Shown: positions 1 to 10,696 of the stretch, piece by piece
Numbering within the stretch: position 1 is the first letter of the stretch
Layout of the letters: each line of letters starts with the position of its first letter
Virus record (IMG/VR): IMGVR_UViG_3300021400_001580
Coordinates: 25,281-89,280 of that record
Direction: 5' to 3' (one strand)
Origin: a virus
Lineage: Duplodnaviria > Caudoviricetes
Length of the DNA stretch: 64,000 bases
Translations under genes and position numbers: made by a program
The notes under the pieces: model-generated
The model's input: only the letters and a program-made list of their open reading frames with translations
Databases searched by the model: none
What the model was told of the DNA's origin: nothing

Positions 1-3000
1 ACAGTTGATGGAACTGATACTAGTTATCCTCCAGTAGTCATTAATCGCTTTGAAGATTATTATTATAATACTAAAATGGTATAGCGCTCTAATAATTATT
101 ATGTGGAGCAATTTTTTACTTTAAAACCTGAAGTGTTATTTTAGTTGCATACTACACAAGCCCATCCAATTACAGTTAATTATATAATTTCTAACGCCGA
201 TACCTCCATTTACCTCGATGCTCTTGAAGTTTCCAAAGAAAATGCTTTTCCAAAGGTATCTTATGAGATTACTCCGAGTGCGATTGATCATAGTGTTATG
301 CGTAAACTATATAAGTAGCTCGCGCGTGTAATTATGATTAATGACGTGGAATTAAAGTTAGAGGATGTATTTGGTTATATCTCTTCTATAGATTTGGACT
401 TAGATAGACCTTGGGAAGATACTATTACAGTTCAAAATTATACTAACAAATTTGAGGATTTGTTCTCTTCAATTGTTGCCGCCAGTGAGGCTATGCAGAA
501 ATCATAGGGTATGATTGGTAATATGCTTGCGGGCGGAGTGCCTATGAGTCCTGATGCGTTCGCTAATTCCTTAAATATGAACTAGACTATTTTAGATGCA
601 TATTTAGATTCTCATTTTGATAGCAGTTAGGTAGTTACTGATAGATTAACACAATTATTTGATGAATTAGGTTTAATTCTTGGTAATGCGTCATCCGCCC
701 TTGGAGATTTATATAGTTTAAGTGAATAGGGCGCTGCAATTCTCGGTGGACTTGCACGTAATGTCGCGGACGATTTAGCTGTCCATATATATACTGGTGA
801 TACACGGCCAAGTAAATTTAAAATGGGTGATCTTTGGGTCAAAACAGAAACTGATGAAGATGGAAATACTTATACCAAGCGAATGGTTGCTACTAGTAAT
901 TCTGGGAATCTAACATTTAATAGAGAAGTAGATCCTGCAACTACTGGTTTTACTACTACCTATGACGGTTCTTTGGCCTCTATTACTGGCGCGAATATGG
1001 CCTATGACGCGGAAGAAGGGACTGTTGATATTTATGGTGAGCATAATATTGATATTAAATCTGGTGGATCTATATACATTGGCGCTAATGATCATATTGC
1101 AATGGTTGGTAATAAAACAGTAAATATTGGCGGTAGTAGAATTAATATTATTTCTGATGATTCTGGTAATGTTAGCAATATTACTTCTGGAATTTTATTA
1201 TAGGCAGTACGCGCTAAAAATAATAGTTCTGCGCCTATTACTTTTATTTAGACTGAAATCTTAGCTAAACGCACTAGTAGTAAAAATCCAAAAGCAGATG
1301 ATGATTTTAAAGCAGCAGTGGATTCTCATTTAGTTATTCCATCTACTGGTACCAACGCCATATTTAAACATTTTATTAATCCTACAATTAGTTATACGGT
1401 TTCTAAAAGTGATGTATTAGGAAACAATGACGTGATAGATTATGATAAAGTAGAGGCTCTATTAAAGAGTAATATTAATATTGCTTCTTCTATTTAGCTT
1501 TCTCCTATTGCAATTGACATGCAAGCGGCAGTCTTACAGCTATCTGCATCTAGTAGTATTAATTTACTTGCTTCAGATGGATCAAATACTTCCGTAATTA
1601 CAATTGGTACTCAAACGGGAATTAAGTTGGCATCAAGTCAAGGAATTTTTCTGCATTCGGGGACAGTCGAAAGTGCGGTGGAGACAGAAATTACGTCATA
1701 GCATTTTTTAGCAGGCGCGAGCGCGGGTGCTACCGGATCAGCTATTGAAATTACAAAAGATTATGCGATTATCGCAGCAGGATCAACAAATCGGGATACA
1801 ATTGCTAATTAGGGTATTGATCTATCAAACTCCACTATAACTGGAATGGAATTGCGATCCAATAAATTTGGTCTCGCTGTTAAGAGCGGGACTACTTATT
1901 CTGGTGTTATCATTGATAATACTGGTATATTAGTAGGTGTAGGAGCAGCGCCCACTACTACTGGTTCATATATTTATTTAAGACCACAAAAATTAGAAAT
2001 TGGATCGCATGCTGATTTATATATTAATACTAATAATTGTAAATTATAGACAAATTATAGTAATAGTAGTACTCAGAATATTGGAACTACCATCTTTGCA
2101 ATTGGTACTAATTTGAATGGTATTAATCCGGCTACTAAACTTTCTGAAGTGGACGTAAGCAAGGTTAATTTCCTTGTAAATCAGGATGGCGCGTATATTA
2201 ATGGTACTATATATGCTGCGGCAGGCGCGATTGGAAATGGTAAATATAAAATAAACATCGGGACACGTGCTGATAATTCATATATCTACTCTGGCATAAC
2301 ATCAATACCTCAAAGCGGTCCTACTACTACTTCTGGATTTTATTTAGGTACAGACGGTCTTATTGTGGGCACATCAGGTAGTTATTTAAAATATACCGCT
2401 AGTAGCGGTTTAACAGTTCAAGGCGCAATTACCGCGACGAGTGGTAGTATTGGATCTGGTAGTTATAAGATTACTATTGGTGAAGAAACTAATAGCAGAG
2501 CTTATATCCATTCCGGAATCACTAATATTAATGAAACTGGCTCTGGTTTCTATTTGGGTACGAATGGATTTAAAGTTGGTAATGATAATTCTTATTTAAA
2601 GTACGCTGATAGTAAACTGACGGTCAAAGGTGAAATTACCGCGACTAAATTTACTTTAGGCGCTGGAGTACAATTGTTGGGCGGTTTGAGCGAATAGAAC
2701 GCTAAGTATAGAAACACCGTAAAAGCTACAGCGGATCGTCCGGTTGTTGAACTTGCGGGTAAAACGATAGTTATTTCTGGCGAGGACGAGGGACAACAAG
2801 GATTATATATTGCTCCTGATATAAGCGCATATGATAAAAATAATTCTAGTAGCCGGGTATATTTAAATACATCAAGGGCGCGTATTACTCCAGCAAGAAT
2901 TTATCTAGATTTAGATGAACAAACATCTCTTCATATGGACAAGAATGGGCTTACTTTACAAGGTTCGCGTGTTACGATCAACGGCAAAGAAATTTGGGGT

Positions 3001-3603
3001 CGAGATGATATTATTTTCTCGGAAAAAGAACCGCGTAAAAAGGAATATCCAGCCGATCGAGATTGGATTTGGATTAAGCCTAGAGCAAATGTTGATGTAT
3101 ATTATGATTATGTTGCTCAAGCAGACGCAGGTGATTATAAGCCTAATCCGATTTCACTAACAACGGATAGTGATGGAGGAGTCAGCGATTCTAACAAAGG
3201 ATACAATTATAGTATTAAAATGACTATTTAGTTCGGTGTTGATTCTACTTATACAAGACAAACCTATGATAATGTTCATTTCGAAGGAATTCTGACTGTC
3301 TAGGGATCATCAGCGATAAAGGAATTTAAAACAAATATTATAGCTGAGGTAAGTGGCTTCTCGCAAGCTTCTAAACGGTGGACGTATACTTTTACGGCAA
3401 ATGTACACACTGGAAGTGCCAATTTTGGCGCGAATCCAAAGAGACATATATTAATCAAAAATCTTCAAATGTACACTAGTCAAAGTGGCTCAGAGTTAAA
3501 TTTTTATGTGTTACAGGCACAAGTGGTATGTTTAAACGTGGGTGTTGCTGGTGGCACAACTTGTGATGTTATTTACTATCCAGCAGGAGCTGGTCCATCA
3601 TAA
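1..3603 (+). CDS. Large tail/host-specificity protein, C-terminal ~1200 aa (5' truncated by window); TAG read-through
   Basis: Frame 1 has no TAA/TGA from 1 to TAA at 3601-3603 but 16 in-frame TAGs (82,142,316,505,583,628,727,1201,1249,1495,1699,1810,2047,2695,3229,3301). Track ORFs 823,1519,1846,2113,2935 are all in this frame. G/S/T-rich beta-type sequence with an internal repeat (GFYLGT.G...G...SYLKY twice). Tail identity is inference from composition. Confidence 0.8.
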
Positions 3604-3604
3604 T

Positions 3605-3642
3605 AAAAAATAGCCCCTCCATTCGGAGGGGCCTCTTTTTTT
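3605..3642. terminator. Bidirectional intrinsic terminator between convergent tail and replication transcripts
   Basis: A-run 3605-3610, stem GCCCCTCC(3613-3620)/GGAGGGGC(3625-3632), T-run 3636-3642. Confidence 0.9.
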
Positions 3643-3644
3643 AT

Positions 3645-4034
3645 TTACTCACCAAAATCTATAAACGGTTCAAGCCGTGCCATCTCAGATGGCGTAAAGT
3701 TTACACTTTCTAGCGCATTAATATCTAACTTATTAGCATTAATTTCAACTTCACCCTTGAGTAGCTCTGAAATTTCATCATTAAAATCTGTTAGATGCTC
3801 TGGCGCGATCTTACAATTTCCATTCTCATCCGTTACAAGCTCGCCGTTATCGTCCTTAACACCACACTTATTAATTACCTTTAGCCGAGCATCATTAAAT
3901 CCCTGCATTTCAGCTTCAGCAGACTTTAGTAGCCTGCTAACTTCCCACGCCAGCTTAGCCTTTAATTCGGCGTTAGCTAGCTTCTGTAGCACTTCTGTGC
4001 TGTTCACCAAATCTCCAATGGTTAACTTAATCAT
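3645..4034 (-). CDS. Hypothetical phage protein (129 aa)
   Basis: Clean ORF, TAA stop at terminator, start coupled to upstream TGA. Confidence 0.75.
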   Translation of the reverse strand: MIKLTIGDLVNSTEVLQKLANAELKAKLAWEVSRLLKSAEAEMQGFNDARLKVINKCGVKDDNGELVTDENGNCKIAPEHLTDFNDEISELLKGEVEINANKLDINALESVNFTPSEMARLEPFIDFGE

Positions 4035-4777
4035 ATATCTTCACCCCAATTAATTGTTTTTATTTGTCCACAAAAATATTTTCCAATACAAATTGCATCT
4101 GCTTCATCTTCTGTGCAATCTATATCATACCAAATTTTTACTTTCGCCTACGCGGCTTTTTTGCGTGCGTCTCGGTGCATGTCACCGGTACTTACGCCGC
4201 AATACGCGCGCCATTCGCTAGGATACACCAAATCACTATCAACACATGCCTCAAATAACGTATCTAATATTACACCTTGCAAATTTGCCAGTGTCTAGAA
4301 CGTTTTTACCTGCGTTTGTGACTTATTAGGGCCATAGCTTTGTAGCTATATGTTCTCGGCTCCTACAAAGTTCGGGTCCCACTCCTTCAATGCGGCTTTA
4401 AGCCAATTCTTTACTTGATTAATTCGTTCTACTGTTGGTAATGCCGCATTTGTTCTAAAAGTTCCATATCCAACTAAGGTCTTGTCATCGTAAATAGAGT
4501 ATCCAGTAACACCAGTTGCTGCATCCAGCGCAAGAATACGTGTTGTGTTTGTGCCCTTATTGGGCACCTTATTTTTTTTGACTTTATACGGGTCTCCTGC
4601 CATACAGACATCGCATATCTTATGTTTGCGCCAATATTCAAATGTTTGTTCCTATTCATGTCCATAAGGACACTTCATTTTTAATGGCGTTTTTAAATTT
4701 GTATATGTTTCACTAATTAACTACCAATTTTCGGCTTCTAAGGCATTCTATACAATGTATATATTAATTTTACTCAT
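4031..4777 (-). CDS. ruvC: RuvC-like Holliday junction resolvase with N-terminal Zn-ribbon-like extension (248 aa, 6 TAG read through)
   Basis: Read-through gives RILALDAATGVTGYSIY...GAENIQLQ...EDEADAICIG (RuvC acidic motifs); N-terminal CPYGH...CDVC; ATG 4777 to TGA 4031 in one frame. Confidence 0.8.
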
Positions 4778-5565
4778 TATACGCCAGTAGATCCAAAGCC
4801 GCCGTCATTGCGGTCTGACGCCGCTAGAATATCTACTGCATGCGCCTGAAAACGATCATTCGGCATTACTAGCAGCTGCGCTATGCGTGCGCCTGCTTCG
4901 ATAGGATAATCTTCATTAGATGTATTATCATATAGAACGCCAAGTTCACCGCGATAGGAAGAATCAATTAATCCAACACTATTGCTTAGCCGTAGCGGCG
5001 TTTTCGCGCCAATACTAGATCGCGGTAGAATAAATGCCATCCATCCTTCTGGTAGCTGAATACTAACACCAGTTCTGATTTTATTCCCGTAAGAATGCGC
5101 CGGAACTGTTACATTCTCAAGTGCATATAAGTCCGCTGCCGCATCAGTAGGATGCGCGTAAGTCGGCATTGTGGCACCATTGTCTAATTTAATTGGTAGT
5201 TCGATTGAATAAGAGTGGTACTTCTGTTTAACAGTATCGAAGATTTCCTGCACTCCAGACATCACTTTATCAATTAAAATCTTCTTATTACCAGTGAGTA
5301 CCTCTTCACCATATACCAACTCTTTTAAAGTACTTGATAGCGCGTCAAGTGAGTTGATTGCTTCTTCCTTATTAAGACCTTGCGCGTTTAGATTGGAGAT
5401 GATCTGATTTACAGACTGCATTACAGCCGTACCATTAAAATTGGTTTCAAGCATCTGCATAACACGCGCCATGGTGCTTTCGGTTAAATCTTCCTCAGAA
5501 AGATTCTTTAAATTATCAAGCGCTTGCATTATTTCATTTAATTCCGCGCTTACAATCTCGTCCAT
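4777..5565 (-). CDS. dut: Trimeric dUTPase with ~115-aa N-terminal extension
   Basis: Motifs AAADLYA, PRSSIG, GLIDSSYRGEL, RIAQL, RNDGGFGSTG. Confidence 0.95.
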   Translation of the reverse strand: MDEIVSAELNEIMQALDNLKNLSEEDLTESTMARVMQMLETNFNGTAVMQSVNQIISNLNAQGLNKEEAINSLDALSSTLKELVYGEEVLTGNKKILIDKVMSGVQEIFDTVKQKYHSYSIELPIKLDNGATMPTYAHPTDAAADLYALENVTVPAHSYGNKIRTGVSIQLPEGWMAFILPRSSIGAKTPLRLSNSVGLIDSSYRGELGVLYDNTSNEDYPIEAGARIAQLLVMPNDRFQAHAVDILAASDRNDGGFGSTGV

Positions 5566-5576
5566 TTTATACCTCC

Positions 5577-5792
5577 TTAAGTCTCATAAGATACTGTGAT
5601 TTCAACCATCCACCATTCTTCAGTAATCTCACCAGTCTTACGATCCTTCTTAGTCTTATAATCAATTTTCGTTTTTACTACAGTATACCCTTCAGTAATT
5701 GCGCGCGCCTTGTAATCGTCAACAAGCGCAGCAGCATCCTGCTCTGTGTATGCCCGGTAAACCTCAGTCTTCTTTGTCATTGTGCTCAGCAT
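5577..5792 (-). CDS. Hypothetical protein (~71 aa)
   Basis: ORF MLSTMTKK...VSYET with purine-rich RBS. Confidence 0.65.
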   Translation of the reverse strand: MLSTMTKKTEVYRAYTEQDAAALVDDYKARAITEGYTVVKTKIDYKTKKDRKTGEITEEWWMVEITVSYET

Positions 5793-6132
5793 TTTCTTTT
5801 TCCTTCCTTTCATTTAATGCGCGTAGTTTTTGAATAAGATTGATATAATCTAGTTTTTTCGCAGTTTCACTAACTGCATTTAATGCGTCATCATTACTTT
5901 GAATCAGTTCAGCGTATTTTTTCGCGCCCATCTTCTTGCGTAATGCTCTGCGTTTAGCACGATTCATTGGTATTTGCGTACTATTGATCTTTTCAATAGT
6001 GAAATCCTGAATCTTTTTTAATGTTTCTTCTGGTGTTTCAGCGCCTATTTGTGTGCGCGCTTCATCTTTACTAATATTCTATACTTGCGCGAAGCGCTCT
6101 ATTAATTCGTCAACGGATAAGTGCTCGTCCAT
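5764..6132 (-). CDS. Hypothetical protein (122 aa, 1 TAG read through)
   Basis: ATG 6132 next to the upstream stop; MDEHLSVDE...AQV[TAG]NISK... runs in frame into track ORF 5764..5967. Confidence 0.7.
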
Positions 6133-6133
6133 A

Positions 6134-7123
6134 TTACCCTCCAGCAGTGCGGTTATACCCAACTTCTTGGGTCTTAAAGAATTCTATGTAATACTTTTCC
6201 AATTCGTTTAATTTATCTTTATCACAATAAGTTATTACTTCAATAGCCCAATTCCAGAAACCTTCTTTAAGAATAGCATGATGTACTGCTTGGTCTGCGA
6301 TTGAACGGATTCCGATAGAAGACTTAAAGTGATCTGCAATTCGTGTTTTCACATTAGTACTCTTACCAATATAACATTTACCCGTGTTAATATTTGTTAT
6401 TTTATATATACCAGGTTCAGGCTTAATTTCTATTCGTTTAAAGGTATCATCTAAGTTTGGTTTAACATATTCTGCCCAAACTAGTTTTGATATGATATCT
6501 GGATGCTGTACTTTTGCGGCGACAGTTGTCAATAAGAACTCAATATCATCTTTATATTCATCTGGTAGTTGAATTGTATAATATAATCGTTGCTATTTCT
6601 CTAAATCATACTACTGTAATGTATTTTTAATCCCTTCAAACTTTTCTCGCGCAGCATTTATTTGTATCCGATAATCTTCACACTAAGCTTCCGCTAAAAG
6701 TTTAGCATTTTCTACTTGCTAAGTTAGATCAGCAATCTAACTATCACGTATATGTTCTTTTCGGTCAAGTTCTTGCGCGAGCTCGTGTGCTTTTAACTAA
6801 AAAGCATTCTCTAATGCTTTCTCTTTAGCCGCGATTTCACGTTTAAGGTTTTCTTCCTACTCATACCGCTATTCTTCAAAAAATTCTTCTAATTCTTCAG
6901 AACGGTCACGAATAGCATCTGTATAACGCTTATGCTCCTATTCCGTATCGTGCCGTAATTTTTCTAAATCATTCTCAAGCGTTGCTTTCTATTGTTGTAA
7001 TACAGTTACAGCGGTATTTAATTCATTGCGCGCGGTTTGATCTAAAATCTATTTCTCGTGATATTTATAAATAAGGAAGAATAGCGGAATTAGCATAACA
7101 AGGAATACTATCCAACCGTTCAT
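6134..7123 (-). CDS. Membrane-anchored coiled-coil GIY-YIG nuclease (329 aa, 11 TAG read through)
   Basis: N-terminal hydrophobic helix MNGWIVFLVMLIPLFFLIY; E/K/Q-rich coiled coil; C-terminal PGIYKITNINTGKCYIGKS...ELEKYYI...GYN; RBS GAGGTGAG. Confidence 0.8.
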
Positions 7124-7153
7124 CTTCTCACCTCACTCTTTTTCTTATATCTT

Positions 7154-7182
7154 ATTATATCAAAAATTTCTGAAAATGTCAA
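7154..7182 (-). promoter_or_regulatory. Sigma-A/70-type promoter
   Basis: TTGACA-17 nt-TATAAT on minus strand. Confidence 0.85.
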
Positions 7183-7185
7183 ATA

Positions 7186-7222
7186 ATAAAAAAAAGAGGA
7201 CGAGCATTTTACTGCTCGTCCT
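7186..7222 (-). terminator. Intrinsic terminator after the nrd/FNT operon
   Basis: Stem AGGACGAGCA/TGCTCGTCCT followed by a T-run on minus strand. Confidence 0.85.
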
Positions 7223-7772
7223 AAATACTGAAATTACTAAAAATGATACCGCCAATAATATTGCCTAAAATCGTTGCGATAAAAGACCAAGTAAACGAAT
7301 GAGTTATGGATAAATAATAATAATCTGCAATACAGTGATTAAATCCCGCGAGTATAAATCCCATAACGCACAGAATACACATCCATAGAGGCGACTTCTT
7401 ACATGTTGCCAATGACATTAATATTCCGCAACCAACTCCCTTTATGAGTGCATCACCAAAAGATTGTGAAGCTTTTATTATACTTATACTATCCGCCGCA
7501 TTTATTACTAGATTACGAGAAATGACTGTAATTAATGTAACTCCAATAAAATTCCCTACAAGAAAAATAATATAATCATACCATTTATATTCACGTGTAA
7601 TCATATATTGAATTTTCCCTGTAAATAAATTTAAATTGTAAATACGCACTGCTAATAGTCCACATGAGAATAAGAACGCACCTATAATAGGATTAGATAC
7701 AGATAAGTACATCCAGCCACTTAACGCAATAATTAATCCGGCAAGAACTGATTTATGTATTTTTGTTAGCAT
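7221..7772 (-). CDS. Formate/nitrite transporter (FocA/NirC family), compact
   Basis: Hydrophobic helices; LNLFTGK, GCGILM and FILAGFNHCIAD motifs typical of FNT channels. Confidence 0.85.
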   Translation of the reverse strand: MLTKIHKSVLAGLIIALSGWMYLSVSNPIIGAFLFSCGLLAVRIYNLNLFTGKIQYMITREYKWYDYIIFLVGNFIGVTLITVISRNLVINAADSISIIKASQSFGDALIKGVGCGILMSLATCKKSPLWMCILCVMGFILAGFNHCIADYYYLSITHSFTWSFIATILGNIIGGIIFSNFSI

Positions 7773-8253
7773 AATAATCCTCCATCATAATAATACGTTG
7801 ATTAGGAGACCCTCGCAAAGGTAATGTGGTATCGCGAGTATTGATATCAAATCGGCCATCAATCAAACAAGTAATATTACGCAAAATGGCAGATAATGCC
7901 CAATTATTACGTTCTTCTAATTCTTCGATTGTATATCCGGTCCATAGATAAATTTTTAATTGCGGAAATTCATGTTTACACCAGCCAATTAATAGTGCTA
8001 CATCTTGTAAATTCTCATCCGCTAGCGGCTCGCCGCCGAGTATACACAAAGTACGCATTACGCCATTTTTATTTAATTTCTTAATAATTTCAAATAGTGT
8101 TCCTACCGTAAAGTCTTCGCCATAGTTAAAATCTTGTGCTTCGGGATTATGGCATCCGGGGCAATGGAAATGACATCCCGAAAAATACACTGAGAGGGAG
8201 ATACCTGGCGCCGCCGCGGTATCATCCCAATAGATTCCTGCAATCTTACTCAT
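7753..8253 (-). CDS. nrdG: Anaerobic ribonucleotide reductase activase (radical SAM)
   Basis: FSGCHFHCPGCHNP, ILGGEP, LRGSPNQR; adjacent to nrdD. Confidence 0.95.
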   Translation of the reverse strand: MSKIAGIYWDDTAAAPGISLSVYFSGCHFHCPGCHNPEAQDFNYGEDFTVGTLFEIIKKLNKNGVMRTLCILGGEPLADENLQDVALLIGWCKHEFPQLKIYLWTGYTIEELEERNNWALSAILRNITCLIDGRFDINTRDTTLPLRGSPNQRIIMMEDYYANKNT

Positions 8254-10493
8254 TAGTGTATATGCTTAACGCGATCTTCAGTTTCTTTCTGCTTGCCCCA
8301 ATTGAACGCGTCTTTATACGAGCCTGTTAAATAGCCAGTTACTCTACGAAGTCTTGAAATATTCTTACTGCCGCACTCAGGGCAGCTTTCACCAATTTCA
8401 TCCTGATAGCCGCAGTCATTACACATGTCCAGCGGCACGTTCAAAGCGAAATACGGTATGTCGTGGTCCATAGCGTAATTTACTATGGTTTCGAGCGCGG
8501 GAATGTTATTCTTTACTCCAGAAGGTACTTCTACATATGTAATACATCCGGCGCTAGAATAACCCGTTAGTTGGCTTTCAATATCAATCTTGTCAAATAC
8601 TGAAATATCGTGCCATACTGGGACGTGAATGCTATTTGTAAAATATTCACGGTCGGAAACATTTGGAATTTCGCCGTATTTTGCCTTGAACTTCTTCATG
8701 GCTGTGTAGCAGAGATTTTCGGCAGGAGTGTAATATACTCCAAAGTTGAGGTGATATTCCTTTTTAAACTCTGCACATCTGTCTTTAAATAGCTGCTCGA
8801 TCTCCTTAGCGAGTTTCATTCCTTTTTCAGTAGTATGGTCACAGCCAATTAAGATTTGAAGGGTTTCCGCAAGTCCTAGCTGCCCAATAACAATAGTGCC
8901 GTGTTTCAATGCAGAGCGAATACCTTCTTCTGGATGATAACCTAGCATTGTATTATTTTCATACATAAACTTCGCAGATGCAGGAGATTGCTTGCAAATC
9001 CACTCAAAACGTTCAAGTAGCATATCTTTTGCTTCATGGATTTTTTTATCTAGTAATGACATAAAAGCAGTAATATAATCATCTACATCTGGATAAGCAG
9101 CATCTACTGCGTTTTTTGCTTCCATAGCCAATGTTGGCATAATAATAGTGACAGGACAAATATTTCCGCGGCCATCCTTACGTTGAGGATTAACACCGGG
9201 TTCTGCATTTATGTCTGCGCCATTTGCGGTACGACACCCCATTGTGCTGAAATACGTGGTTGGATCGTTTGGATCATATCCTGCATTTCCAGACCAATCA
9301 ATATTGGCATAATTTGGATAGATGCGCTTGGCAGTGGATTCGAGCGCGAGTTGATATAAATCATAATTCGGATCACCGGGCGCGCGATTAATACCCTTTC
9401 CAAGCTGGAAAATACCACATGGGAATATGGGAGTTTTATGATATTTACCTACGCCTTTAATAGAGCCTTCTAGCAATGCCTTAATTACCATACGACCTTC
9501 GGGCAATGTACAAGTACCATAGTTAATAGACGTGAAAGGTAGCTGATTTCCGCTTCTAGATTGAAGCGTGTTAAGATTGTGATACATGCCCTCAACTGCC
9601 TGTTGAAGCTCACGCGTGGTCATGTCCATAGCATATTCATATGCTTTTCTATTATATGGTGCATTCACTATAGGATCTGTAAATGAAAGTTCTTTTGGTA
9701 TCTTTTCTTCATCAATAACATCTGGTGGGCATAAATATTTAAGTCCATCTTTAAAATGCTTAGCAAAACTTTTCCTCACATAAGGAACCATAGTCCAATC
9801 TAAATGAGTTGCGCTAACGCCGCCAAACTGCATTAGAGATTGAAGTTGAAATATAACTGCTACAAGTTGGAAAGCAGTATTGATAGAATTGGCAGGACGC
9901 ACATCCGTTTGCCGTGTGTTAAAGCCCTTGGCTAGTAAATCATCAAATGGAATACTTAAACAATTATGCATACCAACAGCATACGCGCTTAAATCATGAA
10001 TATAAATTTCATTATTTAAATGGTTCGCGCGCGCCATAGGTGAGATACAATAATCTAACGCATACTGTTTCATCATTTCATCAGAGGCTTCGCCAACCCG
10101 GCCGCCGAATGAATGCTCGTCTACATTTGCATTTTGATTTTGCACATTAGATGCTTGAAGTTTTTCACTAATAGCACGAATAAATTCGGTTGAATTTGCG
10201 CGCATAATACCATGCTTATAGCGATATTTAATATATGCTTTACCGACTTTTAAATCATAATCGGTTAAATAATCTTCAACCAATTCTTGAATATCTTCTA
10301 CGCCCATTGGTGCGTCTAATTCCTGCGCAACATATTCTACTTCATCGGCAATTTCTTCAGCATAGCGTGGGAATCCTTTCTCTGTAGGATACACCTCGTG
10401 CCAGGCTTTGCATATAGCGGTTTGAATTTTTTCTTTATCAAATGGTACTAACTGTCCAGTACGTTTACGAATTTGCAATTTCATATGAATCAC
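8253..10493 (-). CDS. nrdD: Class III anaerobic ribonucleotide reductase with ATP cone
   Basis: N-terminal ATP cone (IRKRTGQLVPFDKEKI), YIHDL, TPAENLC, C-terminal CNDCG...CPECG and glycyl loop RRVTGYL. Confidence 0.97.
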   Translation of the reverse strand: MIHMKLQIRKRTGQLVPFDKEKIQTAICKAWHEVYPTEKGFPRYAEEIADEVEYVAQELDAPMGVEDIQELVEDYLTDYDLKVGKAYIKYRYKHGIMRANSTEFIRAISEKLQASNVQNQNANVDEHSFGGRVGEASDEMMKQYALDYCISPMARANHLNNEIYIHDLSAYAVGMHNCLSIPFDDLLAKGFNTRQTDVRPANSINTAFQLVAVIFQLQSLMQFGGVSATHLDWTMVPYVRKSFAKHFKDGLKYLCPPDVIDEEKIPKELSFTDPIVNAPYNRKAYEYAMDMTTRELQQAVEGMYHNLNTLQSRSGNQLPFTSINYGTCTLPEGRMVIKALLEGSIKGVGKYHKTPIFPCGIFQLGKGINRAPGDPNYDLYQLALESTAKRIYPNYANIDWSGNAGYDPNDPTTYFSTMGCRTANGADINAEPGVNPQRKDGRGNICPVTIIMPTLAMEAKNAVDAAYPDVDDYITAFMSLLDKKIHEAKDMLLERFEWICKQSPASAKFMYENNTMLGYHPEEGIRSALKHGTIVIGQLGLAETLQILIGCDHTTEKGMKLAKEIEQLFKDRCAEFKKEYHLNFGVYYTPAENLCYTAMKKFKAKYGEIPNVSDREYFTNSIHVPVWHDISVFDKIDIESQLTGYSSAGCITYVEVPSGVKNNIPALETIVNYAMDHDIPYFALNVPLDMCNDCGYQDEIGESCPECGSKNISRLRRVTGYLTGSYKDAFNWGKQKETEDRVKHIH

Positions 10494-10696
10494 CCCTTAA
10501 ACTTTTTTCCACAATAGGGGCATTCATCACCATTTGAAAAATCATACGCTCCTATGTTGTGCGGGCATAAATTCTGTAGCTCTTTAATTTCATTTCTAAT
10601 TGTAAAAATTCGATCAGAGCGTTCCATTTTACTTAACTCTTTCTTTAAAGCCGTACTTAATTCATCATACTTTAACTTAATATCGTTGACTTCCAT
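10490..10696 (-). CDS. Hypothetical protein with Zn-ribbon (CPH...CPYCG)
   Basis: 68-aa ORF coupled to nrdD start. Confidence 0.7.
   Translation of the reverse strand: MEVNDIKLKYDELSTALKKELSKMERSDRIFTIRNEIKELQNLCPHNIGAYDFSNGDECPYCGKKFKG

Noticed and set aside
1-3603. Fragmented or pseudogenised tail gene (five short ORFs in track)
   Set aside because: All fragments share one frame and are separated only by TAG; no frameshifts or TAA/TGA, so recoding explains them better
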